From: Candidatus Dormiibacterota bacterium | GTDB lineage: Bacteria > Chloroflexota > Dormibacteria > Aeolococcales > Aeolococcaceae | NCBI GenBank assembly: GCA_963718525.1 | Contig: OY970355.1 | Location: forward strand, 3,200,001 to 3,264,000 | Length of the DNA: 64,000 nucleotides | Direction of reading: 5' to 3' | Part shown: in pieces, positions 48,409-57,216 of the stretch | Numbering within the stretch: the first letter of the stretch is position 1 | Layout of the letters: each line of letters begins with the position of its first letter | Position numbers and translations under genes: made by a program | The notes under the pieces: model-generated | The model's input: the letters and a program-made list of their open reading frames with translations, nothing else | Databases searched by the model: none | What the model was told of the DNA's origin: nothing

Positions 48409-49254
48409 TCAGGTGCGCCGCAGTGAGGCCAGCCATGCAATCGCAAACACCGCGGTGGTCAGCGCCAGGATGGGAAACGGCCTTCGGCTGCGCGTGACGG
48501 CCACGACGGCGACACCAGCCCCGAGCACCGCAAGGCCTGCAAAGAAACTCGGCCCGGCCTGACCGAGCGGCCCCGCCAGCAGAGCTGCGAGCACCCCTGC
48601 AACCGCAAGAGCGCCCGGCCCGACCCACGTGGACCATCCCGGACCGAGGAGCACTGGAAGGCTGCGGCGGCCGGCGGCGCGGTCGCCCTCGATGTCCGGC
48701 AGCGCATTGGCCACGTGGAGCCCGACTGCGATCAGGCCGGACAGCGGGATCAAGACAAGCAGTCGAGACGGGATCGACCCGACCGAGGCGTACCCCTCAA
48801 AAGGAAGCACGGCCATCCCGCCCCACCAGGGAACCCAGGAAAATGGTGTCCGGCGCAATCCGAGGTCGTAGGCGAGACCCGCGCACAGCGCAAGTGCATC
48901 GAATCCGAGCGTGGCCGGGTTGATCGTCGCGGCGGCGCCGAGGCCGATCGCCCCGAGCACCACGCCGACACCCGTTGCGGTCGGGAGTGAGATGACCCCG
49001 CGCACCAGGGGCTTGTGGGGCTTGGTGACGGCATCTGCCCGAAGGTCGACGACGTCATTGACGACGCCGATGCACAGTTGGACCGGCAGCATCGCCCCCA
49101 CCAACTGCAGAACCCGAGGTGCGTCCGGGACGTGCCGAGCGGCCAGCCCCGCAATCGCAACCAGGACGCAGGTCACCAGCAGCGACGGCCCCGGATGGCT
49201 CATGAAGATGAGCGATCGAATCCTCCCTCCCGGCCGCCGCTCGTCCCACCACAC
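48409..49254 (-). CDS. UbiA-family prenyltransferase
   Basis: SHPGP, NDVVD...D..KP.KPL..G, YDLGLR, HVANALPDIEGD..AG; multiple TM segments. Start GTG 49254 inferred. Confidence 0.85.
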   Translation of the reverse strand: MWWDERRPGGRIRSLIFMSHPGPSLLVTCVLVAIAGLAARHVPDAPRVLQLVGAMLPVQLCIGVVNDVVDLRADAVTKPHKPLVRGVISLPTATGVGVVLGAIGLGAAATINPATLGFDALALCAGLAYDLGLRRTPFSWVPWWGGMAVLPFEGYASVGSIPSRLLVLIPLSGLIAVGLHVANALPDIEGDRAAGRRSLPVLLGPGWSTWVGPGALAVAGVLAALLAGPLGQAGPSFFAGLAVLGAGVAVVAVTRSRRPFPILALTTAVFAIAWLASLRRT

Positions 49255-49267
49255 CGGGCGGGCCGCC

Positions 49268-49507
49268 CTACGGCTTGGGCGCTTCGGAGGGGGGAGCTTC
49301 GCTCGACTCATCGCCGCTGCCGAGCTCATGGTCAGGGTTCGCGGCGGTTTCGGCGGCCTCACGCGCCGCTGTGAGCGATCCATACCCCGCGGCCTCTTCA
49401 GCCGCGACTTCCGCCGCCAGCAGGCGATCGTGGACGGCGTGCTCGAAGCGATGCAGCCGGCTTTCTTCGTGCTCGGGAGGATCCTCGGGCGGTGGCGTGT
49501 CGGTCAT
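49268..49507 (-). CDS. Small acidic hypothetical protein, 79 aa
   Basis: GGAG SD before ATG 49507; Glu/Ala/Pro-rich. Confidence 0.55.
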   Translation of the reverse strand: MTDTPPPEDPPEHEESRLHRFEHAVHDRLLAAEVAAEEAAGYGSLTAAREAAETAANPDHELGSGDESSEAPPSEAPKP

Positions 49508-49580
49508 GTGCTCACTCCATCTGAGATGCAGCTGTCGCGTCGCGGCCGGATTCGCAGTATGGGCGATGATTCCTCCCCGC

Positions 49581-49608
49581 TTGACGTTTGCCGATATCGG
49601 TATATGAT
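49581..49608 (+). promoter_or_regulatory. Sigma70-type leaderless promoter with an operator palindrome
   Basis: TTGACG - 16 nt - TATGAT, ATG 6 nt later; perfect palindrome CCGATATCGG (49591-49600) in the spacer. Confidence 0.7.
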
Positions 49609-49614
49609 TGCGGC

Positions 49615-49956
49615 ATGGCACGAGCAGCGACGACGTCGGACGTCTTCAACGCGATCGCCGAGCAGCAGCGCCGGGAGATCCTGGTGCTGCTGCGGGCGGG
49701 TGAGGAGCCGGTGGGCGAGTTGGCCCAGGAGCTGGGGATGACCCAGCCGGGGACGTCCAAACACCTGCGGGTGCTCCGCGAGGTCGGACTGGTGCGGAAC
49801 CGCGCGGCAGGCAAGCAACGCCTGTATGGCCTTGACGCCCGCGGGCTTCGACCGGTTCACGAGTGGACGGGCGGGTTCGAGCGGTTCTGGAATGAGAGCT
49901 TCGAACGGCTGGACCAATACGTGCAGGAGCTCAAGCAGGCGAGGCAGGAGGAGTAG
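49615..49956 (+). CDS. ArsR/SmtB-family transcriptional regulator
   Basis: DVFNAIAE..RREIL..L, SKHLRVLREVGLV...GKQRLY. Confidence 0.92.
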   Translation: MARAATTSDVFNAIAEQQRREILVLLRAGEEPVGELAQELGMTQPGTSKHLRVLREVGLVRNRAAGKQRLYGLDARGLRPVHEWTGGFERFWNESFERLDQYVQELKQARQEE

Positions 49957-49959
49957 CTC

Positions 49960-50466
49960 ATGAGCGCGACGGGACGAGGAGCGCCGGCGCAGGCCGCGAC
50001 GGCCGACCGCGAGATCGTGATCTCCCGGGTCATCAGTGCCCCACGGGAGCTGGTGTTCGAGGCGTTCACCGAGGTGCGCCACTTATCACGGTGGTGGGGA
50101 CCCGACGGGTTCACCACCACCACACGGGCGTTCGAGTTCCTCGTCGGCGGAGAGTGGGACTTCGTGATGCGCGGACCGGACGGGACGGAGTACCAGGAGT
50201 GGATCTCCTGGACGGAGATCGCCCCGCCGGAGCGGATCGCGCTGCTCCACGGTGAGTCCCGCGGCGACCCGAACGCCTTCGAGTTGGTCGTGACGTTCGC
50301 GCCCGACGGCGCGGCGACCCGGATCGAGATGCACACGGTGTTCCCCACGAAGGAGCTGCGCGACGAGGCGGTCGAGAAGTACCACGCGATCGAGGGCGGC
50401 CGGCAGACCCTGAGCAACCTGGCTGCCTACGTCACGGAGATCGTTCGAAAGGGGGTTGAGGACTGA
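49960..50466 (+). CDS. SRPBCC/AHSA1 domain protein
   Basis: REIVISRVI.APRELVFEAFT..HL..WWGP.GF, GG.W.FVM.GPDG. Confidence 0.9.
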   Translation: MSATGRGAPAQAATADREIVISRVISAPRELVFEAFTEVRHLSRWWGPDGFTTTTRAFEFLVGGEWDFVMRGPDGTEYQEWISWTEIAPPERIALLHGESRGDPNAFELVVTFAPDGAATRIEMHTVFPTKELRDEAVEKYHAIEGGRQTLSNLAAYVTEIVRKGVED

Positions 50467-51134
50467 TGGCCGAAAAGGTGTTCTTCAGCGTGTCGATGTC
50501 GCTGGACGGGTTCATCGCGCCCGGGTCCCTCGGGGAGTTGATGGGGCAGCAGTGGATGGAACTGCAGCAGTGGATATTCCCGCAGCGGTTCTTCCGGGAG
50601 AACCTGAAGCTCGGCGAGGGCGGCGAGGAAGGGCGCGACAACGACATCGCGCGGGAGACGTTCGAGCGCACCGGCGCGAGCGTGATGGGCAAGCGGATGT
50701 TCGACGCCGGCGAGCGGATGTGGCCGGAGCAGGCGCCGTTCCACACGCCGGTCTTCGTCGTGACGCACGAGAAACGTGACCCCTGGGAGCGCCCGGGCGG
50801 GACCACCTTCCACTTCGTCAACGACGGCATCAGGCCCGCGCTCGACCAGGCCCGCGAGGCCGCCGGCGACCGCGACGTACGCATTGCGGGCGGCGGCGCA
50901 ACGATCCTGGAGTACGTGAACGCCGGCCTGATCGACGAGTTCACGATCGCGCTCTCACCCGTGCTGTTCGGCTCGGGAATCCGCCTGTTCGAGGGAGTGG
51001 ACGCTGGCCGCGTGGCCCTGGAGCCGCTGCGCTCGGAGCCGACGCTGCGGGTGACTCATCTGACCTATGCAGTCCGGGAGCGGTTACGGCTCGACCTCAG
51101 CGCTCCCCCGCCGAGGTCAGAAGAACTTCGTTGA
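50466..51134 (+). CDS. Dihydrofolate reductase-like (RibD C-terminal) protein
   Basis: SMSLDGFIA, VMGKRMFD, IAGGGATI.EY..AGLIDE, PVLFGSG.RLF. Confidence 0.9.
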   Translation: MAEKVFFSVSMSLDGFIAPGSLGELMGQQWMELQQWIFPQRFFRENLKLGEGGEEGRDNDIARETFERTGASVMGKRMFDAGERMWPEQAPFHTPVFVVTHEKRDPWERPGGTTFHFVNDGIRPALDQAREAAGDRDVRIAGGGATILEYVNAGLIDEFTIALSPVLFGSGIRLFEGVDAGRVALEPLRSEPTLRVTHLTYAVRERLRLDLSAPPPRSEELR

Positions 51135-51147
51135 CCCGTCAGGTAGG

Positions 51148-51723
51148 TCAGTCGACGTCGACGAGACCCTCCGCGACGGTCCGGTCCCGGCCCTTCGCTC
51201 TGGCTTGAGCGAGACACTTGTCAGCGCGGTCGACGAGATCCTCGATCACCTCTGTTCCCTCGAATGACACGAGCCCAGCCGAAAACGAGTGCCCAACCGG
51301 CGTCTCCTCACGCAGCCGCCAGCACAGCTGCACGGCACTGACGGTCGTGCAGTTCACCAGGACGATCGCGAACTCATCCTCACCCCAACGTCCCATCAGA
51401 TCTTCGGCGCGCAGCACGTCCCGCCAGCGCGCTGTGGCCTCGCGGAGGAACTCCTCCTCCGCGGCGCGGCCTTTGGCGCCAGCGTCGTCGGTGCCGTGAT
51501 CGAACGCCACGAGCGCAAAGCAGAGTGGGTGCTTGCTGCGACGAGCATGCGCGACGTGACGTGCCGCTTCATCGAGGAATGCATCGCGGTCAGGCAGGCC
51601 GTCGAGGTCGTACCCCGTCGAGATGGGGCTGGGTTGCACAACGATGTCCCCGCGATCCTCCACGCCGAACACCGCCAGATCTGCCTCCGACAACTCCTCC
51701 CGGAGGTCCTTGACCACCCTCAC
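51148..51723 (-). CDS. Stand-alone degenerate GGDEF-domain protein
   Basis: RAED-LMGRW-GEDEF, FSAG, RADKCL..A...GRDR; lacks the DxDxFK..ND..GH motif. Start uncertain. Confidence 0.75.
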   Translation of the reverse strand: MRVVKDLREELSEADLAVFGVEDRGDIVVQPSPISTGYDLDGLPDRDAFLDEAARHVAHARRSKHPLCFALVAFDHGTDDAGAKGRAAEEEFLREATARWRDVLRAEDLMGRWGEDEFAIVLVNCTTVSAVQLCWRLREETPVGHSFSAGLVSFEGTEVIEDLVDRADKCLAQARAKGRDRTVAEGLVDVD

Positions 51724-51842
51724 GGGCGGGCCGGTGTGATGTCGAGGGCAGTGTGCGCGGCAACTGCGCGGAAGGTCATGCGTCGAGTCTGGGCAGTTGA
51801 CATTGCAGGACACCCAGCGCCGGTGTCACGGCCCTGTAGCGG

Positions 51843-52841
51843 CTACTTCACGGCGTGAGGTGCCGGCGCGCCGGCTCGAGTGCGCTTCGCACCGCGCGCA
51901 GCCGCCTGCAATCGTTGTGCGATCGATCGCAGCGACGCACGGAGCTCGCGAGGACGGATCACCATCAGGTCGCACTCCAGGCTGGCCAGGTAGGAGGCGG
52001 CCCAATCCATGTCGTCGGCGCCGAAGGTCAGCAGCGTGCCTTCGCCGGCTGCCAGAAGCGTGCCGTCGGTGGGTGAAACCCGCCTGCGCGCCTCCTCAAG
52101 GCTGATCGCGAGCAGGACCTCGCAACGCGTTCCGTACATGGTCTCGGCGAGCACCTGACGAAGGTAGGCGATCACGTCAAAGTCCTCCGGCCGCTGGAAG
52201 GTCTCGGTCGTGACCTCGGTCGAGAGCATTCGGTCGAGCCGGAACGTACGCATCGCGCTCCGAAACCGATCCCAGCTGACGAGGTACCAGTGGCCGCTCT
52301 GGAACGCCACCCCGTAGGGATCCACGAGGCGCTCGGTCACGTCGCCGGCAGCGGACCGATACGTCATGCGAATCGCTGTCCGGTCCCGGGCGGCTGTGCT
52401 CAGACGCAGGATGGTCGCCGCGTCGGCATGGTCTCTCGCCACCGGCGAGAGGCCGAGGCTCACGAAGTCCTGCATCGCCTGGACCTGGGCGCGCTGTGCC
52501 TCCGGGAGCACCCGATCGAGCTTGGCCAGTGCTCCCTGGACGGCCGCGCCCGATGCCGAGAGTCCGAGGCGCTGGGCCGCGAGCAGCCCGATGATCGTGA
52601 CCAGCGCTTCGTCGTTGGTGAGCATCAGCGGGGGCAGCTTGAATCCACGCCGGAGGCGGTAGCCGCCCGCCGGGCCGCGCTCGGTCTCGACCGGGATGCC
52701 CATGTCCTGCAGCCCGGTGATGTAGCGACGAACCGTCCGTGGGCTCACCTCGAGCCGGTCCGCGATCTCCTCGGCGTTGAGCTGCCGGTACACCTGGAGC
52801 AGCTCGATGAGGGTGAGAAGCCGGCCGACTGACAGATCCAT
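51843..52841 (-). CDS. HTH-WYL-WCX (YafY-type) transcriptional regulator
   Basis: IADRLEVSPRTVRRYI, GP.GGYRL..G.KLPPLML, VDPYG, WYLV, RTFRLDRM. Confidence 0.93.
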   Translation of the reverse strand: MDLSVGRLLTLIELLQVYRQLNAEEIADRLEVSPRTVRRYITGLQDMGIPVETERGPAGGYRLRRGFKLPPLMLTNDEALVTIIGLLAAQRLGLSASGAAVQGALAKLDRVLPEAQRAQVQAMQDFVSLGLSPVARDHADAATILRLSTAARDRTAIRMTYRSAAGDVTERLVDPYGVAFQSGHWYLVSWDRFRSAMRTFRLDRMLSTEVTTETFQRPEDFDVIAYLRQVLAETMYGTRCEVLLAISLEEARRRVSPTDGTLLAAGEGTLLTFGADDMDWAASYLASLECDLMVIRPRELRASLRSIAQRLQAAARGAKRTRAGAPAPHAVK

Positions 52842-52854
52842 TGGGGCATCATAT

Positions 52855-52887
52855 AGGACGGATACTGTCCTTATTGCGCTGTAGCAT
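52855..52887. promoter_or_regulatory. Putative WYL-regulator operator and leaderless -10 box
   Basis: AGGACGG-ATA-CTGTCCT imperfect palindrome (52855-52871); TAGCAT (52882-52887) 7 nt before ATG 52895. Confidence 0.6.
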
Positions 52888-52894
52888 CCGACGC

Positions 52895-53110
52895 ATGATG
52901 AATCCGAATGCGCTTCACGATCTCGCCCGCGAGCGAAGCCGCGATCTGATCGACACCGCCCGCAGCCGCCGCCAGGTGCCTCGCGAGTTCGAGAACCTCG
53001 ACGCCTCCGATGTGGTGTTCCTCTTCGGCCGTTCGGCCCATGTCATCGACGCCCGGGCCCGTGCAGCAGCACGCCTCCGCGTCACGTCTGCGGCGTTCGA
53101 CCTCTCCTGA
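52895..53110 (+). CDS. Small hypothetical protein, 71 aa, divergent from the WYL gene
   Basis: Leaderless start; MMNPNALHDLARERSRDLIDTAR...; typical GC3 codon use. Confidence 0.6.
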   Translation: MMNPNALHDLARERSRDLIDTARSRRQVPREFENLDASDVVFLFGRSAHVIDARARAAARLRVTSAAFDLS

Positions 53111-53172
53111 CAGCGGCGGGTCGTGGCGGGCGGACCCGTCGCGACCCCGTGGGGCCGCGATCCTGAGCGATC

Positions 53173-54021
53173 ATGCTGGACGGTGTGAGGATCGAGGCCG
53201 TCGTGACCGATCTCGACGGAACCGTCGTTCGCTCGGACTTCTCCATCTCGCCGGCGACGCTCGAGGCGGTTGACCTGCTCAGGTCGTCCAGCATCGCATT
53301 CGTCGTGGCGACAGCGAGAACACCCCAGGGTCTGGAGCACTTTCAGGTGCTCGCGGAGCGAACCGACATGGGCGTCTGCTGCTCCGGTGCGATCGGGTGG
53401 TCCTCGCGCGACAAGACGCGAACCTGGATGGACGTGATGGGGCCTGCCGTGATTCGACGCGTCGTCGACATCGCGATTGCGGAGGGCGCCGGGGTGGCGA
53501 GTTTCGACGGGACGCTGTGGCGGATGAGCGAGGAGTATCTCCGCCTCAGTCCCGTGCAGCCTCATGGGCCGACGCGCGCCGTCGTCCACACGGAGGCGAT
53601 CGCGGGGACGCCCTGCTGCACCATGGCTTTGCGCCACGCCAATGGCGACCTCGGGCGCATCGCGGCACTGGTCGCCGACGAGGCTGACTCTGCCGCACTG
53701 AGCCACGTCGGGCGCTCGACGGTCCTGGACGTGACGGCGCCCGGGGTCGACAAGGGCACCGGTACCGCGCGCGCCCTCCTCGGACTGGGCCTTGCCCCGG
53801 CGCAGGCCATCAGTTTTGGGGACATGCCGAACGACATGCCGATGTTCCGGGTGACCGCCCGAAGCTATGCGGTCGGCGACAGCGATGCCTCGGTGATGCG
53901 CACGGCAACAGAGGTGTTACCGAACGTCGACGACGATGGCTTCGCGCGCAAGATCGCCGCCCTGGCCGCTGCCGGGTGGACCATCGAAGACGGTGAGATG
54001 GCGCCGGCGGTCACTCGGTAA
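53173..54021 (+). CDS. Cof-type HAD hydrolase
   Basis: DLDGT, VATAR, PGVDKG, FGDMPNDMPMF. Confidence 0.9.
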   Translation: MLDGVRIEAVVTDLDGTVVRSDFSISPATLEAVDLLRSSSIAFVVATARTPQGLEHFQVLAERTDMGVCCSGAIGWSSRDKTRTWMDVMGPAVIRRVVDIAIAEGAGVASFDGTLWRMSEEYLRLSPVQPHGPTRAVVHTEAIAGTPCCTMALRHANGDLGRIAALVADEADSAALSHVGRSTVLDVTAPGVDKGTGTARALLGLGLAPAQAISFGDMPNDMPMFRVTARSYAVGDSDASVMRTATEVLPNVDDDGFARKIAALAAAGWTIEDGEMAPAVTR

Positions 54022-54078
54022 CGCATTGGCCTAGAACGCCCCAAGCTCCGGGAGCGCGAAGGGGCTAGCATCATTCGC

Positions 54079-54246
54079 ATGAGCTCCGGCGGCGTGGGCC
54101 TCTGGTTCGAGGACCACATCAATCAGCTCGATGCGCGGCGTTTGCGTTTCCGCAAACAACTCCCGGAATCGCTCGAGAAGCCGTACTGGCACGACGACGC
54201 GTTTGCCAAGGACGCAGCACGGCTCGAAGCCCTGGGCGCCCACTGA
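54079..54246 (+). CDS. Small hypothetical protein, 55 aa (not in the track)
   Basis: TAGCAT (54066-54071) 7 nt before ATG; MSSGGVGLWFEDHINQLDARRLRFRKQLPESLEKPYWHDDAFAKDAARLEALGAH. Confidence 0.5.
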   Translation: MSSGGVGLWFEDHINQLDARRLRFRKQLPESLEKPYWHDDAFAKDAARLEALGAH

Positions 54247-54264
54247 ACGACCGCACGCTTCGGC

Positions 54265-54933
54265 TTACGCGCGAACGGTGCCTTTCGCTTCGAAGGTCAT
54301 CGCGCGCTGCAGAGCCGCAGCGCGAAGTTCTTCGGGGACCTCGACAGGGCCGCCGATACCGGCAGCTCTGATCCCAGCCTGAGCAGCCTCCTCGACGATG
54401 CCCCCGACCATGATCGCGAGATCGGGAGTGCGATGGAACACCAGCACGCCGTGATTGGCGAGCAACACGGCCGGCACGCCCGGACTGACAGCCGCCCTGA
54501 TGTTGGCGACAGCCTGGTCGGACCCGCGCGGGCCGTATGCGGCGATCGGCACGCCGTCCGGCAGCCCGAACATGGCCAGCGCTTCCACCCAACATCCGAT
54601 CGGGCGATGCGCGGCCGCAAAGGCGGTGGCATAGGGGGAGTGCGTGTGGAGCACGCAGCCGACATCCGGGTTGTCCGCATACATCGCCGTATGCATCGCG
54701 ACGACGGCACCCTGAATCGGCGGCAGCTCCCCCTCCCGCAAGGTGCCGTCGAGCCCGAGTTGCACCACCGCCGACGCAGGATGGTTCCGGAGCGACGGAC
54801 CTGCCGTGAAGTACATCTCGTCGGCGCCCGGAACCCGAAGGCTGACGTTGCCATGACCATTCGCGGAGATCGCCCCGCTGGCGACCACACGCTGAGCGAC
54901 ATCGACCACCTGGGTGACGAAATCGGCGTCCAT
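54265..54933 (-). CDS. Class II aldolase/adducin-family protein
   Basis: GNVSLR, HT.MY, LHTHSPYATA, LLANHG. Confidence 0.9.
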   Translation of the reverse strand: MDADFVTQVVDVAQRVVASGAISANGHGNVSLRVPGADEMYFTAGPSLRNHPASAVVQLGLDGTLREGELPPIQGAVVAMHTAMYADNPDVGCVLHTHSPYATAFAAAHRPIGCWVEALAMFGLPDGVPIAAYGPRGSDQAVANIRAAVSPGVPAVLLANHGVLVFHRTPDLAIMVGGIVEEAAQAGIRAAGIGGPVEVPEELRAAALQRAMTFEAKGTVRA

Positions 54934-54971
54934 GAACCTCCCGGCCGCAAGTGCGATGACGAGTTCGAAAT

Positions 54972-54988
54972 CCCTTATCCCATAAGGG
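54972..54988. terminator. Hairpin next to the tRNA remnant
   Basis: CCCTTAT-CCC-ATAAGGG. Confidence 0.4.
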
Positions 54989-55000
54989 GAATGCGAGTGA

Positions 55001-55050
55001 CGGAGCCGATGGTGAGGTTCGAACTCCCGACCAACCGCCTACGAGGCGGA
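55001..55050 (-). other. 3'-half tRNA-Thr(CGT)-like remnant, putative attachment site
   Basis: Minus strand CCGC-CTCGTAG-GCGG, then GGGAG-TTCGAAC-CTCAC-CATCGGC-T-CCG; no D-arm or 5' acceptor strand upstream. Confidence 0.72.
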
Positions 55051-55243
55051 GAGTCCATCAGACTGGCTCGTTGGGATCTTAGCTGGTCCGACCTGGTCGG
55101 CTTTAGATCGCGCCGACCAGCCCGAGCGACCCGATGATAATCAGCAGGAGAACCGCGGTGGTACGCGACACACCTCCAGATTCTCCTACCGTTCTGCACC
55201 TCGTGCATCGGAGTCAACGTCGAGAAGCGTCAGTGCACGATCC

Positions 55244-55891
55244 TCATCCTTGTGCCGCGCACAGGCGACCCTCGATGACCGTGCCCACAACGCCGGTTCC
55301 AGTACACAGCGTGGGCCGAACCTCGAGCGCGGTGAGCCCAACCGCGCTTCCAAGATCACTCCAGAAGCGCGGCGAGGTTGCTGCGGTCCGCAAGCGTTCA
55401 CTCCCGATCTGCACGGACTCGCACCCCTGCACGTCGTAGACAGCCGTCCAACTCCCCCCGGGAGCAACGAACTGGAGTCGGTATAGCGTTCCGAGATCTG
55501 CGGGGCAGTGCCAGCCTTCTGGCTGAAGGGGGAGGCCCTCGACATCCGCTGCAAGCCGTGCGACCACTTGAGACGAAGAGACTGTCTTATCGAGCGGCGG
55601 GAGCGCCAAGCCTCCGGGAGTCCTGACGATCTGAACTTTCTCCGGCGTGCCCAGAGCCGCCACACCAGTCAGCGCCGGATTGTGGAAGGCGAGCACCACG
55701 GCTGCCGCCGCAGCGCTGACCACGACCACTGCGGCGATTCCGGTAACGGCAGCGACCCGCGTCATCCGCCGACGCGAGAACACGAACCGCACCACCCCAT
55801 CCTCCAGGTCGTGAGGAGGCAGTTGGGCGGTGCGCCGGTTCAAATACGCTCGGGTCAGACCTTCCAGTTCGTCGTTATCCAGATCAGGCAC
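55244..55891 (-). CDS. Putative anti-sigma factor (single TM, Cys-containing outer domain)
   Basis: Overlaps the ECF stop; short acidic N-terminus, RRR, TM helix, then an extracytoplasmic domain. Confidence 0.65.
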   Translation of the reverse strand: MPDLDNDELEGLTRAYLNRRTAQLPPHDLEDGVVRFVFSRRRMTRVAAVTGIAAVVVVSAAAAAVVLAFHNPALTGVAALGTPEKVQIVRTPGGLALPPLDKTVSSSQVVARLAADVEGLPLQPEGWHCPADLGTLYRLQFVAPGGSWTAVYDVQGCESVQIGSERLRTAATSPRFWSDLGSAVGLTALEVRPTLCTGTGVVGTVIEGRLCAAQG

Positions 55892-56405
55892 GAGAAACCT
55901 CCGCTCTCAGCTTGGTCAGCGCGCGACCCAGGTGGCTCCGGGCAGTCCCGGGACGGCAACCGAGCATCTCAGCGCATTCGTTGACGGTGAGCCCGTCTCG
56001 CAGGTGCAGCGTCACCATCGCCCGCTGGGAGGGCGAGAGTCGCTGGTACCCACGATGCACATCGAGGAGACGTCCCTCGAGGTCGGGGAGTTGGGGGGAT
56101 GTCGCCGCCCATTGATCGTGCGAAACCAGCAGCCAGCGCCTGAGGAGTTGGCGACGACGGATGCACTGGTTGACGCAGACCCGTGTCAGCCAGGCTGAAG
56201 GATTGTCGTAGTCCTCGATCGACGACCATCTCCGCCACCCGATGAGCATCGTTTCCTGGACCGCGTCCTCGGCCTCACCAGGATCGTCGACGATGGCCAG
56301 GGCAAGCCGGTGGAGGCGCGCTGCCTCCGGGAGGATGAACTCCTCGAAGGCAGTCTGGGTCCGAGCCTCCCTTCCTGGATTGGCTGGGGTCGTCGCGTCG
56401 CGCAT
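55884..56405 (-). CDS. ECF sigma factor (SigE-like)
   Basis: AEDAVQET, AWLTRVCVN, LSPSQRA.V.L...DGL...E.A.MLG...GT.RSHL.RA. Confidence 0.92.
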   Translation of the reverse strand: MRDATTPANPGREARTQTAFEEFILPEAARLHRLALAIVDDPGEAEDAVQETMLIGWRRWSSIEDYDNPSAWLTRVCVNQCIRRRQLLRRWLLVSHDQWAATSPQLPDLEGRLLDVHRGYQRLSPSQRAMVTLHLRDGLTVNECAEMLGCRPGTARSHLGRALTKLRAEVSRA

Positions 56406-56571
56406 GGTGAGCCCCACAAGTAAGAGAGCCTGCGAGACCTGCTTTTTCTTACATCCGACCGAATCTTCGCGTTCCGTCCTTAGTGTGAGTGGGCAGCAGT
56501 GTGATCGCGAGCGAGCGACGCGATCCGGAACCCATCCGCGCACGAGCGTTGCCGCGAGCCATCCGAGATCG

Positions 56572-57117
56572 CTATGTGTACGCGAGCTCTATCAGGGCGT
56601 GGTGCCCCGACCAGGACAGCGTCAGCTGCCAACATCCTGCAGTCGGAACTGCGAGCCCGTCGGGATAGATCTCACCTGGGTATGAGTCGTCGAGCAACGT
56701 CTCAGTGATGACGGGTTTGGACGCAGTCAGCGGATGTGCGCTGATCACGAGGTCAGAGCCGTCCCGCGGAAGCCCCATGGCCCAAAGGATCTTGTTTGAG
56801 CCATGGGCGCCGCTCTGGAGCGGAAACACGAAGAGATAACCGCCTGCGATCGGCGGGCGCGCGATCACATAGGGGAGGTACGTCGGTGCACCACGGGATC
56901 CACCGCCCGCAGTCACCAGCCACGCCGGCACACTGCCGCGATAGACGACGGTATTGCCGCATCCCGTGGAGGCGACGCTGCTTCCGAGGGGCTGTGGCGC
57001 TGGCGTGGCAGCAGAGCGGATGGTGGGTGCGTTCGTTACCGAGGGTGTCGCGGTCGGTGCGCATCCCGCCAGGAGGAGCGCTACTCCAAGCCCCACGAGC
57101 GGTGGCCGACGGCGCAT
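56572..57117 (-). CDS. Lipoprotein, hypothetical
   Basis: Lipobox LLAGC; NKILW, YP..L.VPTAGCW.LTL.W. Confidence 0.72.
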   Translation of the reverse strand: MRRRPPLVGLGVALLLAGCAPTATPSVTNAPTIRSAATPAPQPLGSSVASTGCGNTVVYRGSVPAWLVTAGGGSRGAPTYLPYVIARPPIAGGYLFVFPLQSGAHGSNKILWAMGLPRDGSDLVISAHPLTASKPVITETLLDDSYPGEIYPDGLAVPTAGCWQLTLSWSGHHALIELAYT

Positions 57118-57216
57118 TCCGCAAGTGTCGCACCGCCGTACGCCGCCAATCAACGCGAGCCGCCGGCAACACCTTGCGAGCAGCACGCCGCCTGTCGCGG
57201 GTGCGCGCCATGCGTA

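Noticed and set aside
55001-55075. A complete second tRNA gene
   Set aside because: No D-arm or 5' acceptor strand (GCCGATG) upstream, and the T-stem has a mismatch; kept only as a remnant.
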